Below, in pieces: positions 1 to 13,000 of a DNA stretch of 64,000 nucleotides; within the stretch, counting starts at the first letter, position 1, and each line of letters begins with the position of its first letter. Source of the stretch: an uncultured Leptospirales bacterium (GTDB taxonomy: Bacteria; Spirochaetota; UBA4802; JAKQUI01); assembly GCA_964652955.1 (NCBI GenBank), contig CAZZCF010000007.1:1-64000 (forward strand), read 5' to 3'. The translations under genes and the position numbers were made by a program. The notes under the pieces are model-generated. The model did no database searches. It had not been told where the DNA came from and saw only the letters and a list, made by a program, of their open reading frames with translations.

Positions 1-152
1 CAACGGGAACGGCATTTGAGACCTGCCAGACGACATTATCCCCGAGCCGCAGGCCGCCGCTCTGTTTATCGAGGTATGAAATTCCCGTGCTTATCATGGA
101 GGTCGCCTTTCAGTGACATTCTCCCTTCCAGCGAAAAAACTATGTATGATTA

Positions 153-260
153 CGTGTAACAAGTAACAGGTAACAGGTGATCGGTGGTATGCTGTCATCA
201 ACTTCTTCTTCAATCATCCGTTACCCGTCACCTGTTGCCTGTCACGCGTTACCTGTTACA
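153..260. repeat. Imperfect inverted repeat built from GTAACAG/CTGTTAC heptamers (left arm about 153-180, right arm about 219-260). It lies downstream of the amtB 3' end and could be a terminator or regulatory palindrome.
   Basis: Read directly: gtaacaagtaacaggtaacaggtga ... tcacctgttgcctgtcacgcgttacctgttaca. The arms are near reverse-complements. Confidence 0.5.
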
Positions 261-350
261 TCATTAACCGCTCATCAAATCCTGTAACTCCTGTCAATAG
301 CTCTATGCTCTTTCACTCTTAATGAATATGCACATACGTAATCCATTCTC

Positions 351-1802
351 CTACTTCAGCATGTAGGATTCGAAATCGGGATATCCCTCCATGCCGTGCT
401 CGGAGATGTCCAGGCCGCGGAGCTCCTCCTCGCGGGATACGCGGATTCCCATTATTGCGTTGATAATGACCCAGGCAACCCAGCTGAGGATGAAGGTGAA
501 GGCACCGACTGTCACCACGCCCACAACCTGATTCGCGAAAGAGCTGATACCGCCGCCGTAGAAGAGCCCGATGGGAGGCTGTCCCTCTCTGCCGGCATAG
601 GGTGCAGCGGCGAAGAGGCCCACGGCGAGCGTTCCCCAGATGCCGTTGACCAGGTGTACTGACGTTGCGCCGACGGGATCGTCGATTCCCCATCGGTCAA
701 AGGCGATGACAAAGACGACAACCAGTATGCCGCCGATGAATCCGATGATGATTGCCGCTCCCGGTTCTACATAGGCGCAGGGTGCGGTGATAGCGACCAG
801 GCCGGCCAGCGAGCCATTGAGTATCATCGAGAGATCGGGTTTCCCTATGACAACCCATGCGGTAATGGTTGCCGCGAGGGCGCCGGCGGCTGCGGCGAGA
901 TTGGTGGTTACGCATATGCGGGCGATATCTTCCGCGATAGCTGCCATGGTTGATCCGGGGTTGAAGCCGAACCATCCCAGCCAGAGAACAAAGACGCCGA
1001 TGGTTGCGAGTGTCATGCTGTGACCGGGTATCGGATTGACGCTTCCGTCGGGATTGTACTTTCCGATACGCGGACCGAGAACAAGGACGCCGGCCAGCGC
1101 GGCCCAGCCGCCGACCGAATGGACCGCCGTGGAACCGGCGAAATCCCAGAAACCGCGCTCCTGCAGCCAGCCCCCACCCCATATCCAGTGGCCGGTTATC
1201 GGGTACATGATGCCGACCAGCAGGAATGAGAATATAACAAAGGCGCCGAACTTTATCCGGCCGCCAACGGAGCCCGAGACGATGGTCGCTGCCGTTGCGG
1301 CGAAAACGAGTTGGAAGAAGAACTTCGCAAAGAGGGGAACCCCCGCCCAGCTTATCGCCGAGTACACTCCCCGGTACATGTCGCCGGTGGCCGGGCTGTT
1401 GTCCATTCCGCCGAGCATCCATATTCCCTTGAGCCCCAGGAATCCGACACCGTCGCCGAACATCAGTCCCCACCCGATGAACCAGAAGGCGATGCTGGCG
1501 ATGGCGAAAACGATGAAATTCTTGGCGCAGATATTTACCGAGTTCTTTTCCTGCTGAAGGCCGGCCTCAACCATGCCGAAGCCGAGATTCATAAAGAAGA
1601 CGAGCATGCCGGCAATCAACACCCATACGGTATCTGCAATGACCCTGCCGTTGAGCAGGAGCACCTTGAACGATTCCAGTTGCTCTGTCACATCAGCACT
1701 GATCCTCGGTGTCGGTGTTTCATTCATCTCTTCGGCACCGAGCATGCCGGCTCCCAGGACAAGGGCGGCGAGTATGAAAATGGTTACTATACGGGATCGC
1801 AT
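351..1802 (-). CDS. amtB: Ammonium transporter, Amt family
   Basis: 483-aa polytopic membrane protein with an N-terminal signal-like segment. Strong Amt-like sequence throughout (GFGMVEAG, AGAL-type helices). Sits next to glnA and a P-II gene. Confidence 0.9.
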   Translation of the reverse strand: MRSRIVTIFILAALVLGAGMLGAEEMNETPTPRISADVTEQLESFKVLLLNGRVIADTVWVLIAGMLVFFMNLGFGMVEAGLQQEKNSVNICAKNFIVFAIASIAFWFIGWGLMFGDGVGFLGLKGIWMLGGMDNSPATGDMYRGVYSAISWAGVPLFAKFFFQLVFAATAATIVSGSVGGRIKFGAFVIFSFLLVGIMYPITGHWIWGGGWLQERGFWDFAGSTAVHSVGGWAALAGVLVLGPRIGKYNPDGSVNPIPGHSMTLATIGVFVLWLGWFGFNPGSTMAAIAEDIARICVTTNLAAAAGALAATITAWVVIGKPDLSMILNGSLAGLVAITAPCAYVEPGAAIIIGFIGGILVVVFVIAFDRWGIDDPVGATSVHLVNGIWGTLAVGLFAAAPYAGREGQPPIGLFYGGGISSFANQVVGVVTVGAFTFILSWVAWVIINAIMGIRVSREEELRGLDISEHGMEGYPDFESYMLK

Positions 1803-1816
1803 TGGTATTCCTCCTG

Positions 1817-3280
1817 TTAGATTTCGTAGTAGAGTGAGTATTCCCAGGGATGGGGCCGTAATGCTACCTGATCGATCTCATTCTTTCGCTTGTACCGAAT
1901 GTAGCTTTCAATGAGCTCCTTTGAAAAAACGCTGCCTTTCAGCAGGAAGTCGTTATCATCTTCGAGCCCGTCAATGGATTCCCTGAGACTTCCCGGTGTC
2001 AGGCCGATGCTGTGCATCTCCTCCGGATTGAGCTCGTAAATATCCTCGTCGATGGGATCGGGCGGTGCAATCCGGTTCTCAATCCCGTCGATTCCCGCCA
2101 TGATCATCGCTGCGAAGGCGAGGTGTGGATTGCAGGAGGGGTCGGGGCAGCGGAACTCGATTCGCTTTGCTTTTTCACTTTCGCTGTACATGGGAATCCG
2201 CACCGCTGCCGATCGGTTTCGGGCCGAGTAGACGAGATTGATGGGCGCCTCGTAGCCCGGAACCAGCCGTCGGTATGAATTGGTAATCGGTGCGGCGAAA
2301 GCGAGCACGGCCTTGATATGGGCAAAGAGCCCCCCGATGAAATACTCGGCGGTTTCACTGATATCCGCATATCGTCCGAATTGGTAGAAGACATTTTTCC
2401 CCTCCTGCCAGAGGCTGATATGCGTATGCATGCCGGAGCCGTTGTCCATGAATATCGGTTTGGGCATAAAGGTAACCGTCTTGCCGTAGCGGCGGGCGAC
2501 ATTCTTGATGATATACTTGTACTTCAGGAGGGCGTCTGCCTGTTCGACCAGCTCGTCCACCCTGAGCCCTATCTCGGTCTGGCCTGCCGTGGCGACCTCG
2601 TGGTGATGGAGATCGACCGGCACGCCGCAGCTCCTCAGAACCTCCACCATCTTTGACCGGAGATTGTGGTGCTGATCGGAAGGTGCCGCCGGGAAGTATC
2701 CCTCCTTGTAGCCGATCTTGTATCCGAGATTTCCCTCGCCCTTTCCGGAGTTCCAGTACGCCTCTGAGGAGTCGACCTCGTACAGAGCGCGATTCTGGGT
2801 CTGCTCGTACCGTACGGAGTCGAAGATAAAGAATTCAGGCTCGGGACCAAAGTATGCCGTATCGGCTATCCCGGTGCTTCTCAAATGCTCGACCGCCCGC
2901 TGAGCGACGTACCGGGGATCCTTCGTGTACCGCTGTCGCTTCACCGGATCGACGATATCGCAGAAGAAACTCAGGGTGCGATGGTCAAAGAAGGGATCGA
3001 TAAAAGCGGTGTTCGCATCGGGCCGCATCAGCATATCGCTCTTGTTGATTGACTGAAAGCCCCTGATTGAGGAACCGTCAAATCCCGTTCCGGTGGCAAA
3101 GAGATCCTCCTCCGCCCGGTCAGCGGTTACCGTATAGTGGTGCAACCTGCCGAAGAGGTCTGCAAATTTCAGATCAAGGAATTCGATGCGCTTCTCCTTG
3201 ATGATCTGTAGAATTTCAACAATTGAAGTGAAATCCTTATCCCCGTTAACCGTATAAATCTCTTCAAATACAGCTTCCAT
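1817..3280 (-). CDS. glnA: Glutamine synthetase, type I
   Basis: 487 aa. N-terminal beta-grasp region (FDGSSIRGFQSINKSDMLMRPD...IDPFF) and catalytic region (MHTHISLW, NLVYSARNRSAAVRIP) match GlnA. Confidence 0.9.
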   Translation of the reverse strand: MEAVFEEIYTVNGDKDFTSIVEILQIIKEKRIEFLDLKFADLFGRLHHYTVTADRAEEDLFATGTGFDGSSIRGFQSINKSDMLMRPDANTAFIDPFFDHRTLSFFCDIVDPVKRQRYTKDPRYVAQRAVEHLRSTGIADTAYFGPEPEFFIFDSVRYEQTQNRALYEVDSSEAYWNSGKGEGNLGYKIGYKEGYFPAAPSDQHHNLRSKMVEVLRSCGVPVDLHHHEVATAGQTEIGLRVDELVEQADALLKYKYIIKNVARRYGKTVTFMPKPIFMDNGSGMHTHISLWQEGKNVFYQFGRYADISETAEYFIGGLFAHIKAVLAFAAPITNSYRRLVPGYEAPINLVYSARNRSAAVRIPMYSESEKAKRIEFRCPDPSCNPHLAFAAMIMAGIDGIENRIAPPDPIDEDIYELNPEEMHSIGLTPGSLRESIDGLEDDNDFLLKGSVFSKELIESYIRYKRKNEIDQVALRPHPWEYSLYYEI

Positions 3281-3289
3281 TCTTCGCTC

Positions 3290-4573
3290 CTATTCCAGCT
3301 CCTTTTTGATGGGCAGGGAATGCTTTCCGTTTCCATTGACAATACTCGTGAGATCGACGCCGGTGGCATTCTTAATCTGCTCGAGAAAGGTTACGACGCT
3401 CGAGGTGACATCGCCGATATGACTGGGTATCCCGCCGTTCCCCATGACCACCAGCTTCTCGACCTTGAGGTTGTCTGCAATGACCTTAGAGATGTTCTCG
3501 ACGATGTTCGGGAGAAGGTGCAGCATGAAGAGCTCCCTGCTGTCGCCGTTCTCCCATTCCGCTCGCATCTCCTTCACGGCGCTGGCCATTGCCAGTCCCT
3601 GCTCTTTGAGATATGCTGCCTGGCCGATGGATTTCATCTCATTGGCTCTCCTGTCGGCCTCCGCCGGGATGATGACCTCGGCGTGATACTTATTTGCATT
3701 GACTTCGGTCTTCACCGTTTCGAGGGTTTTTTGCTGATTGAGCTCCTCGATCCTCCGGGCAAACTCCGCCTTCGCCTCAAGCCGGTTGGTCTCCTCGTCC
3801 AGTGATGCCTTTCTGTTCCGGTAGCCGGCCTCATATTCCTGAATGGCGACCTGCGATTTGAGCTCAATGTCCGAGGCCTTCTTCTTGGATTCCGCTTCGA
3901 CGATACGGGCCTCACTCTCTGCCTCGGCTTCCTTGATGCGGGCATCGCGCTGCACGAGGGCATTTCGCTGCCTTCCCACCGCTTCGAGGTATCCCTGTGA
4001 GTCCCTAAGATCTTCTATCTTGACTGAATCGAGGGTATATCCCAGATTCCGGAGCTCTTCCCTGGCAATCTCAAAAACCCGTTTCTCAAACTCGAGCCGG
4101 TTATAGTTGGCATCCTCGGGAGTGACCGTTGCGATAACGCCGCGGAGAATCCCCTCGAGAGTATTTTTCGCGATGGACTCAATCTCGAGAGCCGATTTTC
4201 CGAGGAGGCGCTCGACGGCATTCTCAAGCCCCGCTCCCTCCTGTGAGGCAATTTTTACATGGGTAACGGCAACGATGTTGAGCGGTATCATGCCGTTGCT
4301 GAGAGCGCCTTCAATCTCGATGGTCAGCGGTATTGTTGCCAGGGAGAGCCGTGATACGCGCTCGATGATGGGCATCCGCAATCCCCAGCCCCCACGGATA
4401 ATCCGGTATCCCCTTATCTCTCCCGTTTTGAGCTTTCGCCTTCTGCCGGAGAAGATGAGTATTTCATTCGGTTCGCATATCTTGAGATTGACCTTCAGAT
4501 AGATTAGCAGTGCGGCAATGCCGAGAACGACCAGCGAGATGAACAGTGCCCAGTCGATATTCCCTGCGTTCAT
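3290..4573 (-). CDS. SPFH/band-7 flotillin-like protein (YqiK/FloT family)
   Basis: 427 aa. N-terminal TM segment, then an SPFH core and a long Ala/Glu-rich coiled-coil (EAEAESEARIVEAESKKKASD...) typical of flotillins. Confidence 0.75.
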   Translation of the reverse strand: MNAGNIDWALFISLVVLGIAALLIYLKVNLKICEPNEILIFSGRRRKLKTGEIRGYRIIRGGWGLRMPIIERVSRLSLATIPLTIEIEGALSNGMIPLNIVAVTHVKIASQEGAGLENAVERLLGKSALEIESIAKNTLEGILRGVIATVTPEDANYNRLEFEKRVFEIAREELRNLGYTLDSVKIEDLRDSQGYLEAVGRQRNALVQRDARIKEAEAESEARIVEAESKKKASDIELKSQVAIQEYEAGYRNRKASLDEETNRLEAKAEFARRIEELNQQKTLETVKTEVNANKYHAEVIIPAEADRRANEMKSIGQAAYLKEQGLAMASAVKEMRAEWENGDSRELFMLHLLPNIVENISKVIADNLKVEKLVVMGNGGIPSHIGDVTSSVVTFLEQIKNATGVDLTSIVNGNGKHSLPIKKELE

Positions 4574-4618
4574 GTCTTCCTCCTCGTATACATTAATGTG
4601 GTTTGTAAACAGGTACGA

Positions 4619-4960
4619 TTATCCAATTGCTCGTGTCCCCCGTTCGCTTGTTCGGATTCGGATACACTCCTCGATGGGGATAATGAAGATTTTGCCGTCA
4701 CCAATGGTTCCGGTTTTGGCCCCTCTCGTGATCGCCTTGATGGTCGGTTCCACATAATCATCATTAATCGCTATCTGGATTTCGACCTTCTTGAGGAGCT
4801 TGATCTCATGCTCCACTCCCCGATAGGTCTCGGGGTATCCCTTCTGCCTCCCGGAGCCGATGACATTTACCACGGTCATCAGGTTGACGCTCGCGTCCTT
4901 GAGCTCCTTTTTTACATCAGCGAGCTTCTCGGGTCGTATAACTGCAATAACAAGTTTCAT
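4619..4960 (-). CDS. glnB: Nitrogen regulatory protein P-II
   Basis: Internal start MKLVIAVIRPEKL of ORF 4619..5077 gives the canonical 113-aa P-II (T-loop GYPETYRGVE, C-terminal GDGKIFI). GGAGG RBS is 7 nt upstream of the ATG at 4960. Confidence 0.88.
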   Translation of the reverse strand: MKLVIAVIRPEKLADVKKELKDASVNLMTVVNVIGSGRQKGYPETYRGVEHEIKLLKKVEIQIAINDDYVEPTIKAITRGAKTGTIGDGKIFIIPIEECIRIRTSERGTRAIG

Positions 4961-5323
4961 CAAAACCTCCTTGCCGGTAATATCCTCTTCACTGTTGCAT
5001 GTTCGGGTCATCACAATCGCTTGATGTGATGACGGAGCGCATATCATAAAAAAGCGGATCAGTGCTCTCGATGTCAAGAGTATGGGTGAGCAGTGAGGTA
5101 AATTGCGGGGTTATTTTACATTTCGGAAATCTGTCCGTAACATGTCTGTAACATTGAGCGAGTTACCATGATGCGAGGGGTTGTACAAGCCTCTGCCGAC
5201 TTGATATGATTCCGGTATACGGTAAGCAGCTTCGGTATTCTGTCGGAGATGCATGCGGGCGTTACGGAAGAGACCCGGCAGCTCTTCGTTGGCGAGGTTC
5301 AGGTACTTTGATGTGAAGGGGCG

Positions 5324-8537
<3,214 letters not shown>

Positions 8538-8554
<17 letters not shown>

Positions 8555-9626
8555 GTTTTTTTACCATGCTGACAAATTCGTCAAAGAGGTGCTTCGAGTC
8601 GTTGGGGCCGGGGCGCGCTTCCGGATGGAACTGCACCGAGAAGACCGGCAGCCGGCGATGCCGGATCCCTTCGACGGTATTATCGTTGAGATTGATATGG
8701 GTTATTTCGACCGCATCCCGATTCAGGGAGTCGGTATCGACACAGAAGTTGTGATTTTGTACGGTAATCGCTATGCTGCCGGTGCGCAGGTCCTTCACGG
8801 GATGATTTCCGCCGTGATGGCCGAACGTGAGTTTGTAGGTTCTCCCCCCCAGGGCGATGCCCAGTATCTGATGCCCCAAACAGATGCCGAAGAGGGGAAT
8901 GCTGCCCATACATTCTCCGGCGATGTTGATGACATTGCTGACCGGCTCCGGATCGCCCGGACCATTGGAGATGAGGACGCCGTCGGGCTTCAGGTCACGG
9001 ATTTCATCCATACTCACCGTTGCAGGGACAACCGTCACCCGGCAGTCCCGCTGTGCGAGCTCCCGGAGGATGTTCAGTTTTACGCCGCAGTCGATGACCA
9101 CGATATGGAGAATTCCCGTTTCGTTCCAGATGGTTGTTCGGTCGCACGTTACCTCATCGGCGAGATTTCTCCCCTGCATGTCCGGAATCGCCAGTGCCCG
9201 CCGGATGAGCTCCTCGTCGCCGTCTCGTGCTGTCGAAATAATTCCCCTGAGTGAGCCCTTTTCCCGCAGCCGGCGGGTCAGCGCCCTGGTGTCAATCCCC
9301 TCAATGCCGGCAATGCCGTGCCTGGTGAGGTACGCTCGAAGTTCTCCCTCGCTCCGGTAATTGCTTGCGATCCTGCTCGCCTCCCTGACGACGAAGCCCT
9401 CGACCTGAATTCTATCCGATTCACTGTCATCGCCGTTCACACCGTAGTTGCCGATGAGGGGGTAGGTCATGCAGACAATCTGTCCGCGATAGGAGGGATC
9501 GGTGAGTATCTCCTGATAGCCTGTCATGCTGGTGTTGAAGACAACTTCGCCCCTCCCTTCGATATCGGCGCCGAAGGAAGAGCCGTAATAGATTGTGCCA
9601 TCCTCAAGTATGAGCTTCGCTTTCAT
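8538..9626 (-). CDS. carA: Carbamoyl-phosphate synthase small subunit (glutamine amidotransferase)
   Basis: 362 aa. CPSase small-chain N-domain plus class-I GATase (GICLGHQ catalytic Cys, HPE). Its 3' end overlaps the carB start by 17 nt. Confidence 0.95.
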
Positions 9627-10026
9627 TATACGCTGTCATCAACGGTGTAATCGGTGTACTCGTTTGCAGGATATTCCCTATCACTATAGCATCGTTGGAA
9701 GTTATTCACATTATTTTTTCATTCCCATCACATATGGTTTCCTGCTTGTTGCAGAATCGCCATACGCTTTTCAACATTAAATGGATAATGAAAGCATTTG
9801 CCATTACTTTTTTTGTTCTCCGATATTTTTAACATAACCGTAACATTTTCCGAATGAATAATTTTACCACCCCGTAACATTATTGAAGAATTTATTATTG
9901 AATCAGTGATCTGCTGAAGATACCTTTAGTAGTACTAACAGGAGCCTCTTATGAATTTTCGCCGAAAGAGCTTGAAGCGCACTCTTGACCGAGTGATGGA
10001 TTTCTCCCGGCGATGGGGAGTCGAGC

Positions 10027-13000
10027 TTGTTCCGAGCGATGTCGATGGATGGTTTTATGCAGGGAAGGGTTTACCGAAAAGGATTATACCGAAGTTATTA
10101 CGAGCATGATTCCTGTGGTATCGGATTCGTCGCCAGCATTCATGGCGAGCGGTCGTACGATATCATCCGGCGCGGACTCGAGGTGCTCGAGCGGATGGAG
10201 CACCGGGGCGCTGAATCGGCTGACAACAGAACCGGCGATGGGGCCGGCATTATGATGCAGGTTCCCCATCTCTTTTACGCCGACGAGATACCCGGCCTCC
10301 CCGAACCGGGAGCCTACGGTACGGGAATGGTTTTTCTGCCCCGTGATGACCGGGCAGCCGATTACTGTGTGAGCGCGATTGAGCGCGTTGTTCGGGACGA
10401 GGGGTATCGCATTGTTGCCTGGCGGGAGGTGCCGGTTGATAATTCCGATATCGGCGAGATCGCACGGCAGTCGGAGCCCCGCATGCGGCAGGTGTTTCTT
10501 TCGGGAAACGGTGAAGCCGGGGACATCCTGGAGAGAAAGCTCTATGTGATACGAAAGAGCATCGAACGCGAAATGCATTCCGCCGATGTCGAAGGAGTGC
10601 CTCCCTGTTACCTCCCGTCGCTTTCGAGCAGAACTGTTGTGTACAAAGGGATGCTGATGCCCTCGCAGGTGAAGAGCTACTTTGACGATCTGCAGGATCT
10701 GAGACTTTCGAGTGCCATTGCGCTGGTTCATTCCCGCTTCAGCACCAACACGTTCCCCTCCTGGGAGCTGGCGCAGCCCTTCAGGATGATAGCGCACAAT
10801 GGTGAGATTAATACGATTAAGGGGAACCGATTCTGGATGCAGGCGCGCGAGGCGGATTTTGAATCAGAGCTTTTCGGTGATGATATTGATAAAATATTCC
10901 CCGTCATAGAGCCGGGGATGAGCGATTCCGCATCCTTTGACAATGCGCTCGAGATGCTCGTTATGACCGGACGATCGCTCCCGCATGCCCTGATGATGCT
11001 CATACCGGAGTCATGGAATGAGAAGAACCCCCTGCCGGATGATCTGAAGCATTTCTACGAATATCATGCCACCTTTATGGAACCGTGGGATGGCCCTGCC
11101 TCGATGGTATTCTGTGATGGGCGCTATGTTGGCGGAACGCTCGATCGGAACGGGCTTCGACCGTCCCGGTTTGTGATCACCAGGGATAATATAATAGTTA
11201 TGGGCTCCGAGGTGGGCGTGCAGACCTTTTCTCCCGAGGAGATCACCGCCAAAGGACGGCTCATGCCGGGTAAGCTGCTCCTCATCGATACGGATGAGGG
11301 ACGCATCATACCGGATGACGAGGTGAAGGAGACCATTGCGCGTCAGAAACCGTATAAGGAGTGGATTGAGCGCAATCGGATCAGGCTCAGCGATATCCCC
11401 GCGAAGGTTGTTCCCGTCGCTCTCGATGATTCCCGGCTGCACTGCCTGCAGCTCCTCCACGGTTATAACAGGGAGGATATTGAGAAGATCCTCATGCCCA
11501 TGGCCGGCACGGGAACGGAACCGACCAGTTCCATGGGAACCGATACGCCGCTCGCGGTCTTCTCCGATAAGCCGCAGCTCCTCTTCAACTATTTTAAACA
11601 GGTATTCGCGCAGGTTACCAATCCTGCAATTGATCCGATTCGGGAGGAGCTGGTCATGACCCTGACGAGCTTTATCGGGAAACAGGGAAATCTCCTTGCC
11701 GAGACCGCTGATCACTGCAGGCGGATAAAGTTCAGAAACCCGATATTTACCAATACCGATATTGTGACGGTAGAGCAGCTCGATGCCGATGCCTTCAGGT
11801 CGATACGGCTTCACTGTACCTTCCCCGTTCGGGAAGGCGCTGCCGGGCTCGAGGAGGCGCTGGAGCGGCTCTGCCGCGATGCAGAGAAACGCATCGATGA
11901 GGGGTATGGCATTATAATACTTTCCGATAAAGCGGTTGATTCGGAACAGGCGCCGATTCCGTCGCTGCTGAGCTGCGCCGGTGTCCATCATCATCTGATC
12001 CGGAGGAAAAAGCGGACGAGAGCGGGACTGATTATCGAAACCGCCGAGGCACGGGAGGTAATGCATTTTGCCCTCCTCTTCGGATACGGTGCGGATGCGA
12101 TTAATCCCTATGGCGCCTTTGCGAGTATATATCATTTGCTGAAAAGGAATAAGCTTGCTCCGGGAATTGATTATCTGAAGGCTGAAGAAAACCTCATAAA
12201 GGCAATCAATAAGGGAATCCTCAAAGTCCTCTCGAAGATGGGCATCTCGACGCTGCGGAGCTACCGCGGTTCCCAGATATTTGAAGCGGTCGGTCTGGGC
12301 AGGGAGCTCGTTGACCGGTACTTTACCGGGACCGAATCCCGCATCGGCGGCATCGGCCTGGAGGAGATAGCCCGTGAAGCATGCATGCTGCACCGGAGGG
12401 CATACATCGAGAAGCCGGAGCTGCTCCCCTCCGACGGTGTGTATTCGTACCGGAGAAGTGGCGAGCGGCATGCCTGGAACCCGGAGACCATTCATCTCCT
12501 GCAATGGGCAACCAGTACCGGTGACTATGAACGGTACCGGGAATTTGCGCGTATTGTCAACGAACAGAATGCGGAACCACGGTTTATCCGTGGGCTTTTC
12601 GATTTCGTGCCGGGGAGCGAGATTCCTCTCGAAGAGGTCGAGCCGGTTGAGAATATCTGCAGGAGGTTTACCACCGGGGCGATGTCGTTCGGTTCTCTGA
12701 GCCTCGAGGCGCATGAGACGATTGCGATTGCCATGAACTCCATTCACGGCAGGAGCAACTCGGGCGAGGGGGGAGAGAACCCTGAGCGATTCGTGCCGCG
12801 AAATGATGGAACCCTCTCACGGAGCGCGATTAAGCAGATCGCTTCGGGCCGCTTCGGTGTGACGAGCAACTACCTGGTGAATGCCGATGAGATCCAGATA
12901 AAGATTGCGCAGGGAGCAAAGCCCGGCGAGGGGGGGCAGCTCCCCGGCTATAAGGTTGACGGGATCATTGCGCAAACCCGCCATTCCACACCGGGCGTGA

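Noticed and set aside
697-1473. 258-aa Arg-rich ORF in an alternative frame within amtB, and other small ORFs overlapping amtB
   Set aside because: Same-strand alternative frame of a strongly supported membrane-protein gene. Composition is extremely Arg/His-rich. No homology.
10027-10045. Exact start codon of gltB (TTG at 10027 versus ATG at about 10039 or 10051)
   Set aside because: Cannot be resolved from sequence alone. The mature GltB begins at the Cys of CGIGF after propeptide removal. Start left as given in the ORF track.
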